Of a stretch of 64,000 bases of DNA, positions 24,723 through 36,949 are shown piece after piece. The notes under the pieces were generated by a model. It was not told where the DNA came from. It did no database searches and saw nothing but the letters and a program-made list of their open reading frames with translations. The DNA is from Heteronotia binoei (taxonomy: Eukaryota), in NCBI RefSeq assembly GCF_032191835.1, contig NC_083241.1, forward strand, positions 6,944,001 through 7,008,000. Reading direction: 5' to 3'. The position numbers were made by a program, and so were the translations under genes. The stretch's first letter is position 1. Every line of letters begins with the position of its first letter.

Positions 24723-25832
24723 GAGAGCCAGTTTGGTGTAGTGGTTAAGTGTGTGGACTCTTATCTGGGAGAACCGGGTTTGATTCCCCACTCCTCCACT
24801 TGCACCTGCTGGAATGGCCTTGGGTCAACCATAGCTCTGGCAGAGGTTGTCCTTGAAAGGGCAGCTGCTGTGAGTGCCCTCTCAGCCCCACCCACCTCAC
24901 AGGGTGTCTGTTGTGGGGGGAGAAGATATAGGAGATTGTAAGCCGCTCTGAGGCTCTTTGGAGTGGAGGGCGGGATATAAATCCAATATCTTCATCTACC
25001 TCACAGGGTGTCTGTCGTGGGGGAGGAAGGGAAAGGAGATTGTGAGCTGCTCTGAGACTCTTTGGAGTGGAGGGCGGCATATAAATCCAATATCTTTATC
25101 TACCTCACAGGGTGTCTGTTGTGGGGGAGGAAGGGAAAGGAGATTGTGAGCCGCTCTGAGACTCTTCAGAGTGGAGGGCGGGATATAAATCCAATATCTT
25201 CATCTACCTCACAGGGTGTCTGTTGTGGGGGAGGAAGGTAAAGGAGATTGTGAGCCGCTCTGAGACTCTTCAGAGTGGAGGGCGGGATATAAATCCAATA
25301 TCTTCATCTACCTCACAGGGTGTCTGTTGTGGGGGAGGAAGGGAAAGGAGATTGTGAGCTGCTCTGAGACTCTTCGGAGTGGAGGGCAGGATATAAATCC
25401 AATATCTTCTTCTACCTCACAGGGTGTCTGTTGTGGGGGAGGAAGATAAAGGAGATTGTGAGCCGCTGTGAGACTCTTCGGAGTGGAGGGCGGGATATAA
25501 ATCCAATATCTTCATCTACCTCACAGGGTGTCTGTTGTGGGGGAGGAAGGGAAAGGAGATTGTGAGCCGCTCTGAGACTCTTCAGAGTGGAGGGCAGGAT
25601 ATAAATCCAATATCTTCTTCTACCTCACAGGGTGTCTGTTGTGGGGGAGGAAGATAAAGGAGATTGTGAGCCGCTGTGAGACTCTTCGGAGTGGAGGGCG
25701 GGATATAAATCCAATATCTTCATCTACCTCACAGGGTGTCTGTTGTGGGGGAGGAAGGTAAAGGAGATTGTGTGCCGCTCTGAGACTCTTCGGAGTGGAG
25801 GGCGGGATATAAATCCAATATCTTCTTCTTCT
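24723..25832 (+). mobile_element. Squam3-like SINE with nine tandem 104-bp tail units
   Basis: Head GAGAGCCAGTTTGGTGTAGTGG; CTCACAGGGTG recurs at 24896, 25000, 25104, 25208, 25312, 25416, 25520, 25624 and 25728. Confidence 0.9.
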
Positions 25833-26866
25833 TCTTGAACCAGCAGGCTCAACTTGTGTTCCCATAAACAGGAAGGGAGGTAAACCAAATAGGATTTGTT
25901 CAAGATCACAGCATATTTAAATGGTGGCAAGCTGGCAGATAGAAGCTTTGCTTTACAGGTACCCCAGCTCTCAAGTACGAGAACGGATAGACGCTGTATT
26001 GAACTGATGTGTTGACATGTGTGAGGGAGACCCCCTGCCTGGACCGGGGGCTTGGCAGCCTTAGGATACTCTGAGAAGAAAAGCACTCCAGTTTGGAAGC
26101 CAACATGGAGAAAAAGCTCTATGTGGAAGCAGGCTCGGTCAGAAAAGGTTAGCCTGGTTCCTAGGCTAAGTTTTGTTGAAGGATCCAGTTTTAACTTGCC
26201 TTTGCAACTTCTTGCATGGTCTTGGGTGTAACCTCCTGGCTCTACCTGTTTACTGAAAACTGCTAAGGGTGTGGAGGGTTGAGAAACTGGCTCATATGAG
26301 AAGTGTCTCAGAGTAACATACCATTTAGTTTGGCACAGGTACAGTTCAACTGAACTTACAAGGGTGTGAATGGTGAGACAGGAAGCATAATTTGTTTCCT
26401 GCCTCCGACCGCATTTTTGTGTTGTCTTCTGCTCACAGTGGCACAGCAGTGATACAGTCCAACAGAGTGTTGGACTGGATGGGCCGTTGGCCTGATCCAA
26501 CATGGCTTCTCTTATGTTATTTTTCTGCGTCTTCATCCTGTTAAACATCTGCAATCAAATATTAATTATGCAGGTCTGTATCATGAAACCCTGATACTGG
26601 TGGACAGTCATTTTGTGTTGAGGACCTGCACAGTTGATCTCAAACTTGCAATTGCAGGCTTTTTTTTTTAAACTTTATAAGCAGTGGTGCTATGCTGTGA
26701 ACCCACAAAAAAGCTCTCTCAAACTATAATGTTTGAAAATTACCTTGCACTGAGCGACTTCCATGTGGTGATGAGTTCCACTTAAATAAGGTGGCAACTG
26801 GGCTTCCACGTAGGTTTTTCTACATTTCCCCTGCCGTTGTCCTCCATGGTACTCCTTGCCCTGCTA

Positions 26867-27133
26867 AAAGGTAAAGGTAGTCCCCTGTGACTCTGGGGTG
26901 ACATTGCTTTCACAACGTTTTCACAGCAGACTTTTTACGGGGTGGGTTGCTATTCCCTTCCCCAGTCCTCTACACTCCCCCCCCCCCCCAGCAAGCTGGG
27001 TGCTCATTTTACCGACCTCGGAAGGATGGAAGGCTGAGTCAACCTGGAGCCGGCTACCTGAACCAGCTTCCGCTGGGATCGAACTCAGGTCGTGAGCAGA
27101 GGGCTCCAACTGCAGTACTGCCGCTTTACCACT
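26867..27133 (-). mobile_element. Sauria SINE, slightly 5'-truncated, 12-bp TSD CTTGCCCTGCTA
   Basis: TSD at 26855-26866 and 27134-27145. Confidence 0.9.
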
Positions 27134-27814
27134 CTTGCCCTGCTACCACAGTTCTAAAAGTCAGTTCTAAAATTTGTTTTTAGTATTATAATCTTATAGT
27201 CCCAAAATTTTATTTTATTAAGTTGCATCAAATCCACCCATGCCACAATGTTCATCTTTGTTATCAAGTAGCAAAACCAAATGCTTCAAACCAACAAACC
27301 CCTTTCATAAGTCAGTTCCCATTATCCTACCACCCAGCTAGCCCTGCACCGCACTGTATGCCATTCCCATAGAAAACAACTTTTTCGTGAATGCAGTGCA
27401 GTGGTACCAGGAGCCATGTCTGATAAAGGGAGCTTCCAGGCAACAAAAGTCTGTGATGGAATACCATTTTGTGAGTGCCACAAGTCTGCTGTTTATGCAG
27501 TAGCTCAACAGAAATCTACAGAAGAGAGGCTGTAAATTTGTTATGACATAATAGAGAGGATAAACAGGCAAGTTTATTGGGAATACTCTACAGTATCAAG
27601 TATAGCACAAACACGCAAGGAATCATACTAACCCAGTGTAAAAACATAGATAATCTAACCGTAAGTTCTTATAACGAACTTCACTAGAACCAAAAACAGA
27701 TATTTCACAAATTCTGGGGACAACAGTTCAGTTACTTTTTGGAGAGCTTCTGCGAATGCATGGAAAACAGTAATGAATTTATTCCCCCAAGGGAAAAAAA
27801 TGATGCATCATACT

Positions 27815-28311
27815 TAGGGTTGCCAAGTCCAATTCAAGAAATATCTGGGGACTTTGGGGCTGGAGCCAGGAGACATTGGGGGTGGAGCCAGGAGCAAGGG
27901 TGTGACAAGCATAATTGAACTCCAAGGGAGTTCTGGCCGTCACATTTAAAGGGACAGCACACCTTTTAGAATGCCTTCCTTCCATAGAAAATAATGAAGG
28001 ATAGGGGCACCTTCTTTTGGGGCTCATAGAATTGGACCCCCTGGTCCAATCCTTTTGAAACTTGGGAGGTATTTTGGGGAGAGGCACTAGATACTATACG
28101 TAAAATTTGGCATCTCTACCTCAAAAAACAGCCCCCCCAGAGCCCCTGACACCCGCGGATCGATTCCCCATCATTCCCTATGGGAATCGTTCCTGGAGGT
28201 GCATAATGGCTGTGGGGGTGGAGCTTCCCCCGCCGGCCAGCTGGCTGGGGGTGGGGGGAAGCCTGTAAAACCAGGGGATCCCCCGCTGGGACCTGGGGAT
28301 TGGGAAGCCTA
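27815..28311 (+). mobile_element. hAT MITE variant with 8-bp TSD ATCATACT
   Basis: TAGGGTTGCCAA start, TTGGGAAGCCTA end; TSD at 27807-27814 and 28312-28319. Confidence 0.9.
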
Positions 28312-29419
28312 ATCATACTCTGGTTTCTCTTCAGATTTCATAAATCTTATAGTGATTTGGGGAGTGTCCATAACTCACTGGTCAGCTGCGTAGTGTACAA
28401 AGCGTCCCAGCCGGGTCAATCCCTGGCAATGTGAGCCATTCCCAGTCTGAGCAGACAGTACAGATCCTGATAGACCATCGGTCCTATTTAGTATAAGGCA
28501 GTTTCATGTGCTCGTGTGTCAATTACCAAATCAAAAATAAATACTTAAAAAAAACAAACTGGTGGTTGGGGAGGGGGATTGGGACAGGAAAAATGGCTCA
28601 GATGTGGGTGCGCCTGGGATAGAACCGGATTTACCCACACAAATAGCACCCACTGGAGCCTTTGAAGAAGATAGCAGTAAAGCGGGCTTAGGAATGTTTA
28701 CAGGAGAGTTGGGGGGAAGTCAGAAGATGCACAGGAAAGCATCCCAGTGACCTCCCCCCTCCCTTCCTGTCCGCATGATGCTAGACCAAATGCTCCGCGT
28801 GGAAGTGACCTTGGTGAGAGCTTATCTTTCCATGTATTGAGTTCCCCATTTGGCTTAGCCTCAGGCTACTTGTGACTAGTGTTCCCTCTAAGCTGAGTTA
28901 GTGTGAGCTAGCTCACAGCTTTTTAGCCTCCAGCTCACACGTTTTGGTCTTAGATCAGGAAAAATGGCCTTAGAGCAAGCTGATTTTATGCAGTAGCTCA
29001 CAACTTTAACGCCAGCAGTTCACGAAATAGAATTTTTGCTCACAGAATTTTGCTCTCCGTTTGCCCTAATCCAATACTCTGAAACACCCTCCCAGAAGCC
29101 ATCAGGGCCCTGCGGGACTTATTGCAGTTCCACAGGGCCTGCAAGACTGAGCGGTTTTGGATGGCATATGACATCTAATGGGAGAGGGCTGCCGCCACAT
29201 CTGGATCTATTGCACTAACTGCCTAGGATCTGTACGCGTTGAGAAAGGAAATATTACGTGCCTGAAGTAACACCATTGCAACTGATCGAATAGTTTTATT
29301 GTTTTGATATTGCTTATTGTTTATTGTGTATTTTGTGTTGTTAGCCGCCTTGAGTCTGCATAGAATAGGCGGGATATAAATAGAACATAAAGAAATAAAT
29401 AAAACTCCGCAGCTTAGAG

Positions 29420-29928
29420 CAGGGGTGTCGAACTCATTTGTTACGAGGGCCGGATCTGACATAAATGAGACCTTGTTGGGCCGGGCCATGTCGGGTTGGG
29501 CTGAGCCATGTTGGGCCAGGCCATGTGTGTACTTCTTTAAGATTAGGTAGCAGAGATATGAACTTTATAAAGAACACAGACAAACACAATTAGATTTTTT
29601 AAAAAGAAATTTAAAACATGCTTAAAATGTTAGCACTCGTTGGTCTGAAAGGTGCTTTCTTTGTATTTCTCCCATGGGATCCAGGGAACTGGGCAAAGGA
29701 AGCTCTGGCTCTTTCCTTCCTTTCCCAGGGGACCAGGAGGAGGAGGAGCCTCAGCAAATAGAAGGAAGAGAGGCTTGGCTCAGTAGCTCTGCTGTGCAAT
29801 CGAGCAAGTCTTGCAAAGCAAGTTGTGATGCAGAAGGAAGCAAGAGAGAGAGAGGGAGAAGGAAGCAGAAGACAGCCAGTTGCTTGGGGGCCTGATTTGG
29901 CCCCCGGGCCACATGTTTGATACCCCTG
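29420..29928 (-). mobile_element. Charlie-type MITE (same family as 9672-10283)
   Basis: CAGGGGTGTCGAAC / GTTTGATACCCCTG termini; TSD 6/8 match. Confidence 0.8.
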
Positions 29929-30648
29929 GCGTGGAGGGAGCATCGCTTGAGGTAAGAGTCACATGGCCCACATTTTTTTAAGCTTTGGAAAACATTCATC
30001 AAAGGTAGTTTTGGTCTTTACAGAAGAGGCTTCCTGGCCAATGAAAATATTCTTAATTAGCACAGAATTTTAGCTGGATGGAAGAGCACACACATTCCTT
30101 TAGAAAAAGGTGGTAAAAAAATGTTAGAAATAAAGGGTTTTTTTCACTGACATGCATTGTGTAAAGATCTAATGTGAAATCAGGGCTCACTTTTGCTATC
30201 TAAATAACACATTCACTGTGTTTTTTTCACATAAAATTCTGTATCCTACTGCTTCTTAGATAGCCGTTTTGTTCCAAGAAACTTTGATACGGAATTCTAA
30301 AGAACTCTGATTCCGGAATAAAGATACTCTATTTCAAATGAAAGTCAATTATCTGAAAGAGACCATTCATCAACAGCCAAAATGGCTATCATACTATCTA
30401 GTGAACTGCCTTAGAAGTTATCAAAATTCCACATCTAAAATTGGGTGGTTGTTCATTTGACTTTATGAAGATCTGTGAAACCCAGGGCTTTTGGGAGGCT
30501 TAAGAAAAACAAAATGGTTATTCACATGTTGCCATAGAAGCATCAGTCGTCTGTGAATTGCCAATTGTTATCTACAGGAGTATGTCAATTACATTTGAAT
30601 TACAGATTTTAAACTACAGCAATGTGTCAGTTGCATTTGGTAACTGAC

Positions 30649-31115
30649 TAGGGTTGCCAGATCCAATTCAGGAAATATCTGGGGACTTTGGGGGTGGAGC
30701 CAGGAGACTTTGAGGGTGGAGCCAGGAGACACTGGGGGTGGAGCCAGGAGCAAGGCTGCAACAAGCACAATTGAACTCGAAAGGGAGTTCTGGCCATCAC
30801 ATATTTTACTGTTTTAGCTTGTTGGAATCCACCCTGAGCCCTTATGGGAAAGGGTGGAATATAAATGTACAAAAATAACATAAATAAATATAAACATCTT
30901 TTAAATGCCTTCCCTCAACTGGAAATAATGAAGGGTAGGGGCGCCTTTTTGGAGGGCTCATAGAATTGGACCCCCTGGTCCAATCTTTTTGAAAGTTGGA
31001 GGATATTTTGAGGAGAGGCATCAGATGCTATGCTGCAAATTTGGTGCATTTACCCCAAAAAACAGCCCCCCACCCCGAGCTCCAGATACCCTATGGGAAT
31101 TGGTCTCCATAGGGA
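30649..31115 (+). mobile_element. hAT MITE (TAGGGTTGCCA family), partial, with a small internal insertion
   Basis: Matches 9077-9500 except at ~30800-30890. Confidence 0.8.
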
Positions 31116-31261
31116 ATGATAGGGTACCCAGCAGACATTTCCCTCTCTGCCCCCAGCTTTTTTACATATAACTGACATATTGCCCCTGCTGAAAATTGAC
31201 ATATCTCTGTAGCTTTAACACTCCTGGACTCTGGAGCAACAAAACAAAGTAGGAGTCCAGT

Positions 31262-31791
31262 TAGAGTTGCCAATCCCCAGGTGGGGGCAGGGGATCCCCT
31301 GGTTTGGAGGCCGTCCCCCCGCTTCAGGGTCATCAGAAAGCGGGGGGAGGGGGGGGAAATGTCTGCTGGGAACTCTATTATTCCCTATGGAGATTTATTC
31401 CCATAGAAAATCGCGGAGAATTGATCTGTGGGTATCTGGGGCTCTGGGGGGTGTGTTTTTTGGGGTAGAGACACCAAATTTTCAGTATAGCATCTAGTGC
31501 CTCTCCCCAAAATACCCCCCAAGTTTCAAAAAGATTGGACCCAGGGGTCCAATTTTATGAGCCCCAAAAGAAGGTGCCCCTATCCTTCATTATTTCCTAT
31601 GGAAGGAAGGAATTGAAAAAGTGTGCCGTCGCTTTAAATGTGATGGCCAGAACTCCCTTTGGAGTTCAATGATGCTTGTCACAGCCTCGATCTTGGCTCC
31701 ACCCCTAATGTCTCCTGGCCCCACCCCCAAAGTCTCCTGGCTCCACCCCCAAAGTCCCCAGATATTTCTTGAATTGGACTTGGCAACCCTA
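31262..31791 (-). mobile_element. Complete 530-bp hAT MITE with 8-bp TSD AGTCCAGT
   Basis: TSD at 31254-31261 and 31792-31799. Confidence 0.95.
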
Positions 31792-34700
31792 AGTCCAGTA
31801 GTACCTTCAAGACCAGTAGCACCTTTGGTGCTACTTTGCACTCTAGTGGTATATCATCTTTGCTTTCAACCCCCCCTCCCCCCCGCCCGAAAAAAATAAA
31901 CCAAAAAAACAACCCCTGCAATGGCACAGTAAAGGGGAAACAGCAGCCACAGGAGACTAGGGCAAAGAAAAAGTAGAAGAAACATTTCCACCAGGAACAC
32001 CTCTGCATTCAAAACAGCAGCAGAAGGAACACTGAAAACTGTTCCATAACGCAATGGTTTCAGGTGACCCAGTAAGAGAAGTACTTCTGCTTGTTTTGTG
32101 TATCTGGTGTGTCTTTTGTCACAGCTATGCTCCATACCTGATACAAGAAGGCCATGGAAAATGCTTTTGTGTACAATAATTGGGAACTGCCCCTCTGTTA
32201 GTCCATTCTGTGTTCTTATAGATTCCAAATTTTAGCTTTTCAGCAGCTAAATGGTTACTTTCAAGACGAAAGTCAGCCCTAGGGAGGTCCAGTCCTATGA
32301 GGCAGAGTACTGACACAAAAAACAGCTTCCTTTCCCCTCTCCGCCCCCACAATTGCTGCGAACAAATATCCCCTGCTGAGAAACTCAACACCAAATGGTG
32401 CAGTGTGCATCTAAAACATTTCAGGAGTATGTTGCAATGCTTTGCACATACACGAGGCCTATAATAGCTCTGAGGCTGAGAGAATGAGAGGATTTTTTTT
32501 CCCAACACTGTTTGGTGGTTACCAATCAATCTTGTGTACACCCCTTGACCAGATTCCAAATTATTTGAGAAATGGCTGGGTGTGGAAACTCTGGTATTTG
32601 ACAGTTGGAGAAATGTGGAAAGGGCAGCTTGCATGAAGGAGGCTGTTCCCTTCCCCCGCCCCATCTGCTTTCAGCTGACTGCATTCTGCATTATTCTGTT
32701 TGAACGTATTAAGAAAATAAATAAAGTGAAGCAAAACATGGAAAATAAGTTGCGAGGGAAGCACAGTTTTGCAGCTGGGATGTGTTCTCCTGGAAAGCAG
32801 AGTCCCTTCACTTCTTCGTTGGCCATTTGCTGTTGCGTGGGCCATAAGACGGGACAATTCCCTTGAAAAGTATGAAATCTCAGTCCTGGGCAATGTTCCC
32901 TCTAAACTGCAGAGTCTTGTGAGTAAACATTCTACTTTGTGAGCTCCTGGCATTAAAGCTGCGAGCTACTGCATAAATCCTTGTGCTCTGGGGCCATTTT
33001 TCCTGAGCTAAGACAAAAAAAGGTGTGAGCTGGAGGCTAAAAATCTGTGAGCTAGCGCATGCTAATTCAACTTAGAAGGGACACTGGTCATGGGGTAAGG
33101 ATCTGTTGTCCTCTCCATCAGTGTTTCTTCTAAGCCGCACAGTCTTGTGAGCAAACATTCTACTTTGTGAGCTGCTGGTATTAAAGCTGTGAGCTAATGC
33201 ACAAATTATTGTGCTCCGGGATCATCCTTCCTGAGCTAAGACAAAAATGTGTGAGCTGGAGGCGAAAAATCTGTGAGCTAGCTCACGCTAACTCAGCTTA
33301 GAGGGAACACCGCTTTCCATCCCACTTCCTCAAAAGGCTTTTTCCTTGGGAACCAGGATTCTTGGTATCCATGAGCTGATGATCCTGGCATGAGCTCGGT
33401 GTTGGACGAGCTAATCCGATGAGACCACATTACCAAGAGGAGAAATCAGCAAGGAGTTGTTAAGCTTTGGGTAATGACTACTTGCACAGAAAACAAATTC
33501 AAATAACCCCCCTTGATGTTACCTGTGGAATAGCACCAGGTGTTAACAAACAGCTCCATGGGGGGACAGGACGTAAATGCAAGAACACCTTAGGTTCTTC
33601 TTCAGAAATGCTATATAGCAAGAAGAAACTGATCAGTATTGGCTGATCTGTCCAAATATGATAGTCTAGAAAGTAATTCTGACTCAGCTCTTGCCATAGC
33701 TTCCTCTGGAGATGGGATGACCACAAAAGATAACATTTCCCTGAATTTCTCCCATGTGTCTGAAGTTGCAAAATACTACAAGCAGTACTCCAGCTATCTA
33801 AAGGCAAGTTACTGTTCAGGACTTCCCCTCAGCCCAAGAGAACACATTATCAGGCTGAAAAATGAAACCTGAGATATCTCAAAGTCCACATTCAGAGAAC
33901 ACTCACCCTCAGCTTGTGGGCGACGTAGTTCTTTTTGCGCTTTCCTTTGTCCAATGTGGCCTTTGTTTATTTAATCCCAGAGTTGGAAGGCACTACCAGG
34001 GTCATCTAGTCCAATGCCCTGCCTTGGAGGCTAGATGGCCATCTGACAGCAATGAAGATCCTATGAATTTAGGGGGAGTGAATTTCCTGCATTGTGCAGG
34101 GGGTTGGACTACATGACCCTAGAGGTCCCTTCCAACTCTATGATTCTGTGACTCAATGCAGGAAATACAATAACAGTTTCCCTAACAGAGTTTAGTGAGA
34201 GTTCAGTGTCAAAAGATGTAGAAGCCAAGGCCTTCCCCTGTTGCTTCCTCCTATTAGTGCTATTTAGACGTTTGATATCTCTAAATACATAGACTCCCTT
34301 TGGTCTCTATGACTAGTAGCCACTAATGGATTGTGATTTGTGGAAGTCTGATACAATATGTGGATTACATTGTTCAGTGAATAAATGGTATGCCTTAGAA
34401 AAGTAAAGCATATCTGTGGATTCTGTCAGGGTTCCAGAAATTTTATTTATCTCTATGTGACCTCATAGCATTCCAGTCATATGCATGTTTTATATCTCAT
34501 GCACTTGCAAGATAGCTTGGCTTTTCCTTTCTTTTCTGGCTTTGGATATGGTAGTTGTTTTGACAGGCCAAGATCATGATGCTCTGGTCATGCCCATGAA
34601 AAGATGACCCGGTGTTTCAACCCTATTATTTTAGGACAGAAAACAGAAGGCAGACATGTTTCAGGTAAACTAGGTTTAACTTTCACACTACAGACAAACT

Positions 34701-35239
34701 ACTGTGAAACTTTCTTGCTGGACCTCCTCAAAGTGACAATTTGACTCCATCTAGCTAGGTCACATTTGTGGCATCTGTGACATTAGCAGAGGATTGTGGA
34801 AAGCTGAGGGATTTTTGTGGCATTTTCCTATCAGGTGACGTGACTGTTTTGCAGAGGATAATGTACTACATTTGTCGGACAATGAGGAGTACATGTGGCC
34901 AATCAAGATGCCACAAGCTGGTTGCAGTGAAATGTGGAAGCGTCACTATTTATGCATTGACTTCTATGAAGAAGAATGCCAAAAACCATAGGTTAAGATG
35001 AAAGGATTTATGTGATACTTTTTTTGTCACATAGAAGATGGTTTGCTGCGTGCTGAGCATAGTATGCCATTTTTGTGGCCACTGCTGAGGTAGCATAAAG
35101 TGAAGTATGAATGTGGAAAAATATGAAGGAGTCACTGCTTTTATGGTGGCTTATATAAAGATTGCAAGACCAGCCCTAAAAGAACAGTTGATTTTTAAAG
35201 CTGTGGATCATGAAGGTGAAGCTGTAGATCATGAAGGGG

Positions 35240-35420
35240 AAGAAAGAGATGCTCTGTATTTTTGGTGCTTGGGAGGGACAACAGTGTGAGGACTTCTACT
35301 GTCCTGGCCCCACTGATGGACCTCCTGATGGCACCTGGGATTTTTGGCCACTGTGTGATACAGAATGTTGGACTGGATGGGCCATTGGCCTGATCCAATA
35401 TGGCTTCTCTTATGTTCTTA
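35240..35420 (+). mobile_element. CR1 3' UTR fragment
   Basis: Ends ATGGCTTCTCTTATGTTCTT. Confidence 0.8.
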
Positions 35421-35749
35421 AGGAGTTTCTGGTTTACTTTTCCTTAGAAGAGATGACAGTCCACTGAAAATAGCCCAACCTTTGTGGTCTGGCCATGTGT
35501 GTGTGACAACTGAGAGCACATATGGCACTTGATGCAGGAGTCACTGCCTTCTGTGAAGAGGAATTTTCTAAAAACAGGTTATGAATGCAGAGGCATTTCT
35601 TTGGTACTTCTGGGGACCCAGCCATCACTGCAATGGTCTGGGTAATCTGTAGTAGGTGTGAGGGGATGCCGCATAGTTGACGTGGTGGTGAACTGTGAAG
35701 GCATGACTAAGTTGTGTGGTGAGTTCTGTGAAGAAAAAATGTCTAAAAA

Positions 35750-36700
35750 CAGGAGGTGGCGGCGGCTACAAGCATAGCCAGCTTCAAGAGGGGGTTAGAT
35801 AAAAATATGGAGCAGAGGTACATCAGTGGCTATTAGCCACAGTGTGTATGTGTGTGTGTGTATAAATTTTTGGCCACTGTGTGATAGAGTGTTGGACTGG
35901 AGGGGCCATTGGCCTGATCCAACAGGGCTTCTCTTATGTTCTTATGTGACACAGAGTGTTGGACTGGATGGGCCACTGGCCTGATCCAACATGGCTTCTC
36001 TTATGTTCTTCTGTGACACAGAGTGTTGGACTGGATGGGCCATTGGCCTGATCCAACATGGCTTCTCTTATGTGACACAGAGTGTTGGACTGGAGGGGCC
36101 ACTGGCCTGATCCAACATGGCTTCTCTTATGTGACACAGAGTGTTGGACTGGAGGGGCCACTGGGCTGATCCAACATGGCTTCTCTTATGTGACACAGAG
36201 TGTTGGACTGGAGGGGCCACTGGCCTGATCCAACATGGCTTCTCTTATGTGACACAGAGTGTTGGACTGGAGGGGCCACTGGCCTGATCCAACATGGCTT
36301 CTCATGTTCTTATGTGACAGAGTGTTGGACTGGATGGCCATTGGCCTGATCCAACATGGCTTCTCTTATGTGACACAGTGTTGGACTGGATGGGCCATCA
36401 GCCTGATCCAACATGGCTTCTCTTAGGTTCTTATGTGACACAGAGTGTTGGACTGGATGGACCCCTGGCCTGATCCAACATGGCTTCTCTTATGTTCTTA
36501 TGTAACACAGAGTGTTGGACTGGATGGACCCCTGGCCTGATCCAACATGGCTTCTCTTATGTTCTTATGTGACACAGAGTGTTGGACTGGATGGGCCACT
36601 GGCCTGATCCAACATGGCTTCTCTTCTGTTCTTATGTGACACAGAGTGTTGGACTGGATGGGCTATTGGCCTGATCCAACATGGCTTCTCTTATGTTCTT
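35750..36700 (+). repeat. CR1 3' fragment ending in a 13-unit tandem array of its terminal 56-67 bp
   Basis: Unit GTGACACAGAGTGTTGGACTGGA(T/G)GGGCCA(C/T)TGGCCTGATCCAACATGGCTTCTCTTAT(GTTCTTAT), spanning 35880-36700. Confidence 0.95.
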
Positions 36701-36949
36701 AGTAGGCTGTGAAGGTGTTTCTGTGGTACTTGTGGTGGCACAACCATCAGCGAGAATAGGGTTATCAGTAGTAGGTGTGAGGGAACAAGGAGCCGCCTGC
36801 TCGATATAGTGAACTGCGGAGGTGTCACTGGGTGTGTGATAACTCGTGTTAGAAGCGTTGTCTAAACAGCAGGTTATGCCAAACTTGGCCTGAGGTGTGC
36901 CACAACCCCCCGCAACATCTACGGTGAGGGCCTGTGACAGACACACCAC

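Larger units (their letters stand above)
12132..35089 (+). pseudogene. Possible decayed multi-exon protein-coding gene (unidentified)
   Basis: AG/GT- or AG/GC-bounded segments with mostly open frames and scattered stops at 12132-12220, 14497-15308, 21422-21560, ~25880-26380, 27338-27567, 30260-30400, 32553-32640, 33460-33803, 34567-34664 and 34835-35089. Judged by eye only. Confidence 0.35.

Noticed and set aside
25724-26554. 276-aa minus-strand ORF
   Set aside because: It starts in a CR1 tail and ends in the SINE tail array, with no recognisable domain; at most a shadow of the possible + strand pseudo-exon.
35880-36700. CRISPR-like appearance of the 60-bp array (also 24896-25832 and 38285-39370)
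   Set aside because: Units are contiguous with no unique spacers, two arrays are retroelement tails, there are no cas genes, and the DNA is vertebrate.
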